Assembly (NCBI RefSeq): GCF_963921235.1
Contig: NC_086097.1
Location: 150,042,001-150,106,000, forward strand
DNA: 64,000 nucleotides
Direction: 5' to 3'
DNA from: Mobula hypostoma
Taxonomy: Eukaryota
Both the position numbers and the translations under genes were made by a program. The notes below the pieces were generated by a model that did not search any database, was not told where the DNA came from, and was given only the letters and a program-made list of their open reading frames with translations. Shown here piece by piece: positions 12,230 through 23,946 of the stretch (position 1 is the stretch's first letter; each line of letters begins with the position of its first letter).

Positions 12230-12486
12230 GTTCTGGTCAAGATGGCGTCAAGATGCCACCTCCGGGAAATGGTACCGCAGCACCAACAGGCTCCGGGACA
12301 GCTTCTTCCACCAGGCCATCAGACTGCTTAATTCATGCTGACAGAACTGTATTTCTATGTTATACTGACTATCCTGTTGTACATACTATTTATTATAAAT
12401 TGCACACTTAGATGGAGATGTAACGCAAAGATTTTTACTCCTCATGTATATGAAGGATGTAATTAATAAAGTCAATTCAATTCAAT
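12230..12486 (+). mobile_element. Short bipartite Rex1 derivative
   Basis: Begins GTTCTGGTCAAGATGGCG, then TNRLRDSFFHQAIRLLN and a 3' UTR/(CAATT)n tail matching 4232-4400. Confidence 0.7.
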
Positions 12487-12511
12487 CAAGTTTGTTGGTC
12501 AGACTCAGCTG

Positions 12512-13130
12512 ATTTTTTTTTAGGTTTCAATAGGTGCATTTAATGTCAGAGAAATGTATACAATATACATCCTGAAATTCTTTTTCTTCGCAAACATCTA
12601 TGAAAACAGAGGAGTGCCCCAAAGAATGAATGATAGTTAAATGTTAGAATCCCAAAGGCCCCCCTCTGAGCACTCAAATGTGCAGCAAAGCATCAATAAA
12701 GACACAGACTTGCAGTACCCCAAAGACTACTCGTTCACCTGTTAATTCAACATACCACAGGCTCTCTCTCCCTAATAAGGGAAAAAGAAATGTCCCCATT
12801 TCACAGTGAGAGGGGAGACATAACAAACAACTTGCTGATTTATGATGAGGAAAGCCTGTTGCCTCACTTTTTCTGAGCTCTGTGCTCAGAGAGCTCAGGT
12901 TTCTGGACTCACAGCCAGCAGGTAGCCTGCTGCTCACGATGTTCCGTGTTCTCCCATGATGCCTCAGTCTGGGGCACCGGCTTTGAATCAGCATGTCTCC
13001 AGAACCACAAAAATCCGGCACCCTGAAGGCGCCCTCATCTTCCAGGCCATGTCCTTGGGATATCAAAAAGCAGCTGATCGTGAGGCACCGAAAGTGGGTC
13101 CCATTCCTGCAAAGGGAGTGTAAGGATGAT
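12512..13130 (-). repeat. Unclassified non-coding retroposon with A-rich tail
   Basis: T-run at the left end preceded on the minus strand by an ATTAAA-like signal; GC-richer body; no coding similarity seen. Confidence 0.4.
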
Positions 13131-13137
13131 TTACACT

Positions 13138-13843
13138 TTCGTAGGGATGATTTAGGGATCAGGTTAGGGACAGGCATGTGGGGAAATTAGAGGTCAGGCC
13201 AGAGCCTAGGTCTCTTCACTATGCTCTGTGTTCGAAGGCCAGTGACATGAGCATTTGATAAAGGACACCTATAGTCAGATATTGGGCTGACAGATTAGCC
13301 ATTTGGAAGGCTGATGGCCCTCCCAAGTTAGTGAGTCACCGGCCAGTTCCAGGATTGGAAATCTGCGGGAGATGGAGGGCTGGTTAATCTATAGATACAC
13401 ATGCCTAGGCCTGTGGGCCTCCAGTATGGAGGTCAAAGTCCCAATGTCTATTAGTCTAAGTCCACTGGAGGCTGGAGACCTGGAGATGCCTGTCCTGGAA
13501 TTACTGGTCGCTCCGTGCATATGTACAGGTGGGAGTAAGGTTAGGGGCTTTGCTGTTGTTCTGCGGTTTTTGATGCTTATATGTACTGTGAACATGGTAG
13601 GTATGCTATATTGACACCGGAATGTGTGGTGATACTTGTGGACTGCCTCCTGCACATCCTTAAGTTATGTTGGTTATTAATGTAAACAGCCCTGACGAAG
13701 GGTCTCGGCCTGAAACGTCGACTGCGCCTCTTCCTATAGATGCTGCCTGGCCTGCTGCGTTCACCAGCAACTTTGATGTGTGTAGCATGTTTCACTGTAT
13801 GTTTCAATGTACGTGTAATAAATAAATGAACATGAACCTGAAT
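13138..13843 (+). mobile_element. Non-autonomous LINE-derived element, same family as 42578-43362
   Basis: Shares both the 5' part (tttagggatcaggttaggga) and the 3' part (tttcactgtatgttt...ataaataaa) with the reverse complement of 42578-43362. Confidence 0.65.
13691..13783 (+). mobile_element. Penelope pLTR mini-insertion with hammerhead core
   Basis: CCTGACGAAGGGTCTCGGCCTGAAACGTCGACTG...TGATGTGTGT inserted into the element above. Confidence 0.85.
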
Positions 13844-13849
13844 CTGCCT

Positions 13850-14650
13850 TATTACATGGTGCAAGGCTTTGGGAGGTGACACATTCACTTCAGCGTACCC
13901 AGCTTCAGATGTGTTCTTGTAGCCACCGTATTTATAAGACTGGTCCATTTGAATTTCTGGTCAATGGTGAGCCTCAGCAGTGGACTTGGTAATGGTAGCA
14001 CTATTGATTGTCAAGGTTAGGTGACTGGACTTCCTCTTGTTGGAGATGGCCATTACTTGACACTTTTGTGGTGTAAATATTACCTGCTAATTATCAGCCC
14101 ATGCTTAGATCTTCCTGCATGTAAATATGGATAGTTTTATTTGCTGAGGAGTTTACAATGGAATTATCATTAACAAACATCTTCACACCTGAACTTATGA
14201 TGGATGGAAGATTGTTGATAAAACTGCTGAAAATGTTGGGCCTAGAACTGCACTATGGAATTCTGGATGTGATGTCCTCAGGCTGGGTTGGCTGATGTCG
14301 AACAATGTATCTATCTTCCTTGTGCAGTTATGGCTCCAACTTTTAAAGTGTTTTTCATTCCTTGATTCCCAATGAACTTCTCCTTGAAGCCACATTTGGC
14401 TGTATGCTGCCTTGATCTCAAGGGCAGTTACCTTCACCTCAGCCCTGGAATTTAGCTCTTTGATCCACGTTTGAACCAAGATGATGATCAGGACCAAACC
14501 CGAGAGATCCTGGCAAAACGCAAGTATCAGTGCACAGGTTATTGGTGAGTAAGTGCTGCACTGTGTCAGAACTACTCATGATGTTTGGATAGACTGATGA
14601 ATTTGTCCAGCTTTTTGAACACAGGACATAACTGGACAACTTTTCAGTTT
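13850..14650 (-). mobile_element. Old CR1/L2-group LINE RT fragment
   Basis: ORF 14195-14497 LVQTWIKELNSRAEVKVTALEIKAAY is a decayed ..ALDIKAAFD RT motif; related pieces at about 11920-12220. Confidence 0.65.
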
Positions 14651-15599
14651 GTTAACTGCCAGTGTCATAATTGTACTGGAATGGCTTGCTAAATTTATGG
14701 TTACATTTTGACCACAAGTCTCAGACCATGAGATAACAGACTGAGACATTTTTGTTACTAGTAACAACGTACAGAACTTTAGAGATAACCAGTTTTGAGC
14801 AGTCACATCTATGATATGTTTACCCATTCAGTATGAGTTTGCAAAGGCACACAAGACGATAGAGTGTGCTTGGTGCGAACATTGACTCCATGAAATGGTG
14901 TTACCAAGATAGTGGACCTGACTATACCTAAGTAGAGTATCTTCTGTACCCTGTCAGTGTTTTTTCAATTGGTGAGGATTCCCAGGGCAACCCCCTCCTG
15001 CTGCTGTATCACTGATCCAACAGAGGTCTGCGCTGCTGACAAGAGGAACTTCCAAAGAACTCCATGGAAATTCCAAAGTCCCCTGTGATAGAAGGCATAC
15101 TGCTTAACCAGACTGTGGAACAGCTCTTCCATCTGAGGTTCTTGTGAGAAGAGCATTGCATGATCAACTGCACTGGGCCACTTCATCATTTCAGAAGGAG
15201 ATAAAAGGCTTTGGGGAGAGGTACACTATTAATCAGAGATGATAACAGGGTTGCACTTACAGCGGGCATTATGGGTAGAACTCAAAAAATAGGAGAAGTG
15301 CAATCACTCTCATGGGATTGTATGTCACGATCCCCAGTAGCCACTGGAGGCATTGGGAAACAGATATGCAGACAGATTAGAGAAAGGTGTAAAAACAACA
15401 GGGTTGTTGCAATGGGTAACTTCAACTTCTCAATACAGACTGGGACCTCCTCAGTGAAAGAGGATTAGATAGGGTAGAGTTTGTTCAATGCATCCAGGAG
15501 GATTATGTAAATCAACATTTAGATAGTGGAACAAGAGGAGAGACCATACCGGACCTAGTGTTAGGTAATGAGCCCAGCCAGGTGATCAATGTTTTAGAT

Positions 15600-16770
15600 C
15601 CGGGGGTCCCCAACTTTTTTTGCACTGCAGACCGGTTTAATATTGACAATATTCTTGTGGACCGGCCGACGGGGGGGCGGGTGGTAAGATTGCCAACTGA
15701 CAAGAGTAGCAGTCAAATATGTTGTGTTTACCCCGAGAAAGACTACAATGACCATGAAGCCTTGAGCAGGCACCTGTGTGCACATGCGTGGTGTGTACAT
15801 GCCAATTTTTTTTCTGCAATTCGTTTTTGGCGATTCTGTTCGGGGGGGGAGGGGTGTTAATCACAACCGGAATATAGGTGATAAGTGGCTAATACACTCA
15901 ATTTCGTTTCTAACAGGGTTCATCTAACGGATTTAATATTAAACACACAGCGCATATTTTCCTCGCATGATAATAGTGATAAGTCAATTATCAGGGGAGG
16001 ACAGGGGAGCTTGAAGTAAGTGTTGAACGAACTTCCAGTAGAAGTGGCAGAGGCAGGTTCGATATTATCATTTAAAGTTAAATTGGATAGGTATATGGAC
16101 AGGAAAGGAATGGAGGGTTATGGGCTGAGTGCAGGTTGGTGGGACTAGGTAAGAGTAGCGTTCGGCACGGACTAGAAGGGCAGAGATGGCCTGTTTCCGT
16201 GCTGTAACTGTTATATGGTTATATAAGTCACTTATAAGTCAATAGCATCATAACATTTTAAGTAACATTTGGATATTAAACACACAGCACGTGTTTTCCC
16301 TGTATTAATATATAAAATCATTGCAACACACCAATATTGCTGAATCAGTGGGAGCCCTGGGCTTGTTTCCCTGCAACAAGACAGTCCCATTGAGGGGTGA
16401 TGGGAGACAGAGATACTCGAAGGGGGTTCCTTATGTCCAGTCTATTCCGCAATTTAGTTTTCGTTGCATTCATTGCAGAGATATGTTGGAAATGGAAGCA
16501 ACGTTTTCAGTGCTTTCGTAGCTCTCTCAGGATATTCAGCCTTGACTTTGATCCAGAATGCCGGCAGAGATGTTATGTCAAACATACTTTTCAGCTCACC
16601 ACCATATGCAAGCTCAAGGAGTTAATCTCCTTCCCACGCTGACATGGATGACGTGTGAGTAAAGACCTCGCGTGTGTTCAAGTTCAACAGTGCGCGTGAC
16701 ACGGAATGAGGAAAGGTTTCCTCGCGGCCCGGTAGAACATGCTTTGCGGCCCGGTGGTTGGGGACCGCTG
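15600..16770 (-). mobile_element. hAT/Charlie-type non-autonomous DNA transposon
   Basis: TIRs CGGGGGTCCCCAAC / GTTGGGGACCGCTG; 8-bp TSD TTTTAGAT at 15592-15599 and 16771-16778; minus strand 16425-16600 encodes LPAFWIKVKAEYPERATKALKTLLPFPT..KLRNRLDI (hAT dimerisation domain remnant). Confidence 0.9.
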
Positions 16771-17164
16771 TTTTAGATGGAAAACAGTCAGGGAACAACA
16801 ATCATAACTGCTTAAGTTTAAGAAGGCTACAGATAAGGATATGTGTGAATCTTGCAGGAGAGCAGGCCAAATTACCAGAGCATGAGGTACGAACTAAGGA
16901 GAGTTAATTGGGAGTAGATGTATTTGGCAAGTCCACATCTGGCATGTGGAGTGTATGTAATGACTAACAGCACAGAGTACAGAACAGTAAGAAGGAGAAA
17001 ACAGCAAGGTAAGGGAAACTTGGATGTCAATAAATCATTGTTAAAATGAAGAAGAAAAGGAAGTTCAAAAGTTCAAAGTAACTTTATTATCAAATTACAT
17101 ATACGTCACCATATACAACTCTGAGACTCATTTTCTTGTGAGAATTCACAGTAAATACAAGAAA

Positions 17165-18883
17165 ACTGGAGGAGATAGCAGAGGTACTTAATGCATACTT
17201 GGCTTCAGTATTCACTGCGGAAAAGGATCTTGGTGATTGTAGGGATGACTTGCAGTGGACTGAAAAGCTTGAGAATGTAGTTATTAAGAAAGAGGATGTG
17301 CTGGAGCTTTTGGAAAGCATCAAGTTGGATAAGTTACCGGGACCAGAGCAGATGTACCCCAGGCTACTATGGGAAGGGAGGGCAGAGATTGTTGAGCCTC
17401 TGGTGATGATCTTTGCATCATCAATGGGGACAGGAGAGGTTCTGGAGGATTGGAGGGTTGCAGATATTGTTCCCTTATTCAAGAAAGGGAGTAGAGATAG
17501 CCCAGGAAATTATAGACCGGTGAGTCTTATTCTGTGGTTGGTAAGTTGATGGAGAAGATCCTGAGAGGCAGGATTTATTAACATTTGGAGAGGCATAATA
17601 TGATTAGGAATAGTCAGCATGGCTTTGTCAAAGGCAGGTCGTGCCTTACGAGCCAGATTGAATTTTTTGAGGATGTGACTAAACACATTGATGAAGGTAG
17701 AGCCATAGATGTAGTGTATATGGATTTCAGCAAGGCATTCGATAAGGTATCCCATGCAAGGCTTATTGAGAAAGTAAGGAGGCATGGGATCCAAGGGGAC
17801 ATTGCTTTGTAGATCCAGAACTGGCTTGCCCACAGAAGGCAAAGAGTGGTTGTAGACAGGTCATATTCTGCATTGAGTTCGGTGACCAGTGGTGTGCCTC
17901 AGGGATCTGTTCTGGGACCCCGAATCTTTGTGATTTTTATAAATGACCTGGATGAGGAAGTGGAAGGATGGGTTAGTAAATTTGCTGATGACACAAAGGT
18001 TGGGGGTGTTGTGGATAGTGTGGAGGATGCAGCAGGACATTGATAGGATGCAAAACTGGGCTGAGAAGTGGCAGATGGAGTTCAACCCAGATAAATGTGA
18101 GGTGGTTCATTTTGGTAGGTGAAATATGATGGCAGAATATAGTATTAATGGTAAGACTCTTGACAGTGTGAAGGATCAGAGAGATCTTGGGGTGCAAGTC
18201 CATAGGACACTCAAAGCTGCTACACAGGTTGACTCTGTGGTTAAGAGGGCATACGGTGCATTGGCCTTCATCAATCGTGGGATTGTGTTTAAGTGCCGAG
18301 AGGTAATGTTGCAGCTGTAAAGAACCCTGGTCAGACCCCACTTGGAGTATTGTGCTCAATTTTGGTCACCCCACTACAGGAAGGATATGGAAACCATAAA
18401 AGGGTGCAGAGGAGATTTACAAGGATGTTGCCTGGATTGGGGAGCATGCCTTATGAGAATAGGCTGAGTGAACTCGGCCTTTTCTCCTTGGAGTGACGGA
18501 GGATGAGAGGTGACCTGATAGATAATGATAATGAGATAATGAGAGGCATTGATCATGTGGATAGTCAGAGGCTTTTTCCCAGGGCTGAAATGGCTAGCAC
18601 AAGAGGGCATAGTTTTAAGGTATTTGGAAGTAGGTACAGAGGAGATATCAGGGGTAAGTTTTTTTACGCAGAGATTAGTGAGTGTGTGGAATGGGCTGCC
18701 AGCGGCAGTGGTGGAGGCGGAAATGATAACGATAGGGTCTTTTAAGAGACTCCTAGATAGGTACATGGAGCTTAGAAAAATAGAGGGCTATGGGTAAACA
18801 GGTAGTTCTAAGGTAAGGACATGTTCAACAGAGCTTTGTGGGCTGAAGGGCCTGTATTGTGCTGTAGATTTTCTATGTTTCTA
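17165..18883 (+). mobile_element. CR1 LINE, 5'-truncated
   Basis: [45 protein letters not shown]; tail TTCTATGTTTCTA; several stops and frameshifts. Confidence 0.95.
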
Positions 18884-19776
18884 AACACAATAGAACATTA
18901 AGGTGGATTAGTCCCTAGGGCCTTATGGGATATGCTCCAGGTTACTGAGAGAGGGAATAGACGAGATTGCTGGGACTTGATTAATATTGATTTGTGTTGT
19001 CTCCGGCCACAGGTGAGGTCGTCGAGAACTGGCGAGTAGTTAATTTTATTCTATTGTTCAGGAAGCAAAATAGGAATAATCCTGGAAAGTATAGACCAAT
19101 GAGTTTCATGTCAGTGGTAGGAAAGTTACTGAATGTAATCTCTGGGATAGGGCATGAACATTTCAAAAACCATGGCCTGATTGGGGACAATGGACATGTC
19201 TTTGTATGGGGAAGTCATGCCTTATTACTTGATTAAGCTTTTCGAGGAGGTGTCAAAGGTGATTCCTTAAAGTAAAGCTGTGGATGTTGTCTACGTAGAT
19301 TTTAGTAAGGCATTTGTTAAGGTCCATCAGGGTTGGCTCATCCAGAAGATTAAGACGTATGGGATCCTCAAAGAATTCAGCATTTGGATTCAGAGTTGCC
19401 TTGCTCCGAGAAGACAGAAGGAACTAATCAAAGGGACCGATTCTGACTGGAAATCTGTTGCAAGAGTATGAAGAATTTCTTGGTGTGAACCTGTACTGGA
19501 ACCTCTGCTGTTTGTGATTATATATATATATATATATATATGACCTGGATGAAAATGTAGATAGGTGGGTTTGTAAGTTTTTAGATGATACATAGATTGG
19601 TGTTGTTGTAGAAAGAATAGATGAGGATATAAGTCAGTTGCAGATATGTGTAGAGGAATGGCAGATGTAGTTTAACATGGCCAAATATGAAACGTTGCAC
19701 TTTGGGTGATCAAATAAAAAGGGACCGTACTCTGTAATAGCAAGCCTTAACAGTTTTGATGTGCAGTAGGATCTTG

Positions 19777-20180
19777 GTATATTTGAGGGCAGGGTGGAAG
19801 TTGGAAGCAAAGTTGCTGAAGTTGATGAGCTTCAAATGAGTGCAGGAAGCAGTACCAATGCAGTCATCTATGTGAAGGAAAAGTTAAGGAGAGATACCAG
19901 TGTAGGCTTGGAACATTGACTGTTCCATAAAGCCGACAAAAAGGCAGGCATATCTGGGACCCATATGAGTGCCCATGGCCACACCTTTTGCTTGAAGGAA
20001 GTGGGAAGAGCCAAATGAGAAATTATTGAGAGTGAGGGCAAGTTCCACCAGATGGAGGAGAGTAGTGGTGGAGGGGAACTAGTGGAGACTAATGTCCAGA
20101 AAAAAAATGGAGAGCTTTGAGGCCTTTCTGGTGGGGGATGGAAGTGTATAGGGATTGGACGTCCATAGTAAAAATAAGAA
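19777..20180 (-). mobile_element. Penelope-like element RT fragment
   Basis: LIFTMDVQSLYTSIPH, LTLNNFSF, GVAMGTHMGP..ACLFVG, IDDCIG: RT motifs typical of Penelope-like elements. Confidence 0.9.
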
Positions 20181-21165
20181 TGAAGTCAACATGTAACTCC
20201 AGGTCAGGGTCTTCAAAAGAACCCTGAAAGGGAAAAATAGAGATATTTAAGATAGAAATAGAGCTGTTTCCAAAGATGCAAGCAAAGGAGTTGTTGTGAG
20301 GCACCATCATCCTCCTAAACTGCTCCTCCTTATATAATTATAAGAATAGGAAGCTCCAGTAGGTAAGTAGACTTGTTAAGATGGATGTCCACGTCCATGA
20401 CACTGAAGGTAAGTTTATTACTTCCACTTCTAGGTTACAGCAGTACTTCAGTACAATTCTACATAGGTTTGTGGAAGATCTGTAATTGAATTAGAAGCTG
20501 TAGCTTGAGGAACAATCCAGCTGCTCTTTCTACTGGTTGCAAAAATTCACCTAGAAAATAATAGCTCGCTTTCGTCAACCTGGTACATTTAATTGGCTGT
20601 TGGTCCTATTTGTGAGAGCTCGAAGAATTGGAGGCCTGATGTCAATAAACCAACACAAAAACAGTTTCTGCTTAGCTACTAGTACCAATAGTCACTGCAC
20701 ACCCAGGTGCAGCATGTTCTAATCACTGAAGCATTCAGATATGACGTTTCTAGTTTACTGTTGGCTAGATATAGTAAGGTTGATTATCGCAGCAAAAACT
20801 TAACAGGGAACATGTCCAAGTTTCAATGGTTGCAGCTCAGTGTCAGTCAACACGGACAGCATCAGCACAGTCTGGGCAATTGCCACAGCATCTGACTAAT
20901 GCTCGATTGCACAACACCTCCCTTTGAAGAATATGTGAGGACAAGGAGTACGCAGAGAGCACAAGGATGTGATATTGGGCAAAGATTGGATCAGCCATTT
21001 TATCGAATGGTGGAGTTGGTTTGAGGGACTGCCCCTGCCTGTATTTCTGCATGTTCTTATGACCCCTCCTTTCCTGAAACCAGTACTCTAAACTGGGCTA
21101 CCGCAGTGCCTCATTACTGATTTAATATGCAAAAACAGTTGCTCAGCTAGCAAACAGATCCATGT

Positions 21166-22690
21166 ATCATCATCATCAGTGATCACTCGTAGTCGAGTCT
21201 GTTTCTTCTCATGGTGGTTGATCCGGTCAATGGTGGCTCTTGAGATGACTGAAGAGGCTGATCTGCATTCCACAAATCCTATTGCAGTATTGGCAGCTGT
21301 GGGTCATTGAAGTGGTGGTGGATGTAGCTGGTTGGACCTTTCCTCGTCTCTCCTTACATTGAAGCTGTTTAGTCTCAATGGCACAGTGGGGGTATTCTTT
21401 GAGCTGTGCAGTCCCCTCATAGACAGCTTTCCTTATCCTGAGCTAATTTCTCCCATCCATCCAGGTCGATATGGCATGTCCTCAAATGGGTCTTGATATT
21501 GCCCTTGAACCACTTTTTCTGCCCTCCAGGAGTGCGCGTTGCATCCTTGAGTTAGCCAAAGAGAAGTTGTTTAGGGAGGCTGGAGTCAGGCTGATGTGGC
21601 CAACCCATTATAATTGGTGTTGAGTTATGATTGTGGCTATGGAGTTAATGTTAGCTTCCTCTAGGACGCTGGAGTTAGTATGCCTGCTCTTCCAGCTAAT
21701 TCTCAGAATCTTTTGGAGGCACCTTTGATGGGAAATTTCCAGGGATATATGTGCTTGCTATATGTTGTTCATGACTCTGCTAAATATAGCAAGGAGGGGA
21801 GGACTATGGCTTTATGGACCAGAAGCTTAGTGTTGGTCTTGATATCCTGACCTTCAAAACCCCTTTTTCTCATCTTGGCAAAAGCTCCGGTCACACAGTC
21901 TACTCTGCGATTTTTTCAAAGTTAATGTTGGCTCTTGAAGAAAGACGGCTGCTAAGGTATGGGAAATGATCAGTGTTCCCCAGAAGGATGTTGTCAACTT
22001 GAAGGGTTGGAGGTTTAGCAGCTTGATCTGGAGAAGTTTGGTGCAAGACTTGGGTTTTTTGATGTTCAGATCAAGTCCCAGGAGCTTGTATGCTCTGGCA
22101 AACATTATGTGCTGCAGACCCTCCTCAGGGTGAGCTACGATGGCATTGTCATCAGCATATTGGAACTCAGTGATGAAAGTAGTTGACACCTTTCTCTTTT
22201 CCTTGAACTTGTTAAGTTTAAAGAGCCCCCCCCCCCCATCTGTCCTATAGAGAATCTGGACTCCCTGTGGGAGGTCTTGGCCTGTGATGTGAAGAAAATT
22301 TGCAGTAAAAATAGCAAACAGAGTTGGGGCAATGATGTACCACTGTCTAGCCCTGGTCTCAACCATAACAGGTACTGTTTCAGAACCACTGTTGCTGATG
22401 ACTGTTGCAGTCATATCACTGTGTAAGACCTGCTGGTTCTTGAGGTATTTCTCTGGGCACCCAACTTTGGACAGTTACTGCCAAAGGGCAGGACAATTTC
22501 CAGAGTCAAATGCTTTTGTAAGGTTAACAAAGGCTATACAAAGTGGGAGATTTTGTTCCCGAGCTTTCTGCAATTGACGTGCGGTAAAAATCATGTCAGA
22601 TGTTCTGGCTGGATGGATGCCACATTGAGATTCAGGCAGGAGATCTTCTGCCAAAGGTGAAAGTCGATCACATAAAATCCATGCAGAGAC
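21166..22690 (-). mobile_element. RTE-clade LINE, 5'-truncated and decayed
   Basis: LPESQCG..DMIFTARQLQ..AFVNLTKAFD and FQYADD; (GAT)n tail. Confidence 0.9.
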
Positions 22691-23525
22691 AGAAGTATTT
22701 ATAGTTGAGAAATATAAAGAGGGAAAGATTACTGATGAAAGCAAAGAAGCATAAAAAAATTAACTGTAACATTGTGTTGATGAGCCTAAGTTAGAGAAGT
22801 TGAACTAGCCAAGTTAAATCTAATGTGGTTTAAAGGACCTAGCACAAATTAGCATGTTTTGCAAACTAATCATAGAGTCTTTGAGTCATACAGCACAGAA
22901 ACAGATTCTTTGTCCCAACCTGCTCCATGCTGATCAAATGGCTCATCCAAACTAATCCCATAAACTTCTAAACCTTTCCAAACCATGTACCTGTTCAGTT
23001 GCCTTTTAAATATTGTTATTGTCTGATCAATACATTGGCAGTGGAGTGTAATAAAATGTAAGGGGAAAGGGAAGAGCACAAGTTGGCAGGAACTAAGTGA
23101 GTCTGGGTGAGAGGAGGAAGGTAAGTGGGTGATCAATTGTACCTTTTTGAAAAGGTCATTAGCTAACACTTCCAGAGTGCGATGCTTGCTTGCCACATCA
23201 TGTCAAAATGTCACTCATGTCTTACTGCACAAAGGCACAAACTAATTGATTTTCTGAACATTTGCAAATGGAACTGATCGTTTTAATCAACAAACATCTC
23301 CAAGTTGTTTCCTTGGAGGCCGAGACCTAAAGATGATTTGTCCCAAAACAATGGCCTGAGGAACTTCTGCCAAAATGTTCTGGGGCTAAGGTGATTTACT
23401 TCATGCAATAACAGTAGCAACATCTGTCTGAGAAGGGACTCTGCAAGAAGTTTTCCAATCATTCCCATTTCCTTTGATTTCAGTGTGGTTCCTTGATAAC
23501 ACACTCTGGATATTTAGTTATACAT

Positions 23526-23760
23526 ATTTATTTAGATATACAGCACAGTAACAGGTCCTTCCAGCCCAAAGAGTCATGCTGTTTAGTTATACCCACATGA
23601 CCAATTAACCTACTAACCATTACTTTGGAATGTGGGAGGAAACCACAGCACTCAGAGCAAACTCATGGGGTCACAGAGAAAGTACAAACTCCTTACAGAC
23701 AACGATGGAATTGAACCTGGGTTACTGGCACTGCAATAGCATTAAGCTAACCACTACAGA
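23526..23760 (-). mobile_element. tRNA-derived SINE
   Basis: Minus strand GTAGTGGTTAGC (A box) and GGTTCAATTCC (B box); same family as 3055-3293. Confidence 0.8.
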
Positions 23761-23946
23761 TATAACTCTCAACTTACCTCAAAATTTAATTTCTTTCTCC
23801 ATGTTTGTGCTCTTGAGTCAAATCTTCCCGATAAATCTCATGCAAACTATTAATGGGCAGGTTAATAGTCAGTGATTGTCCCTTGTTTATATTATTATAT
23901 TATTTTTAAAAACCTGCCATCACTTGTTTAATGAAAAATATCCAAT

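Larger units (their letters stand above)
15180..19775 (+). mobile_element. Old CR1 (endonuclease to RT) hosting nested hAT, Rex1-tail and younger CR1 insertions
   Basis: VVAMGNFNF at 15211-15468; resumes at 16771 and again at 18890 with KYRPMS and DVVYVDFSKAF. Confidence 0.75.

Noticed and set aside
19518..19541. (TA)n microsatellite
   Set aside because: Simple expansion inside a decayed CR1
20360..20415. Two GTAAGT donor-like motifs and a short ATG-started frame
   Set aside because: No convincing acceptor or recognisable peptide
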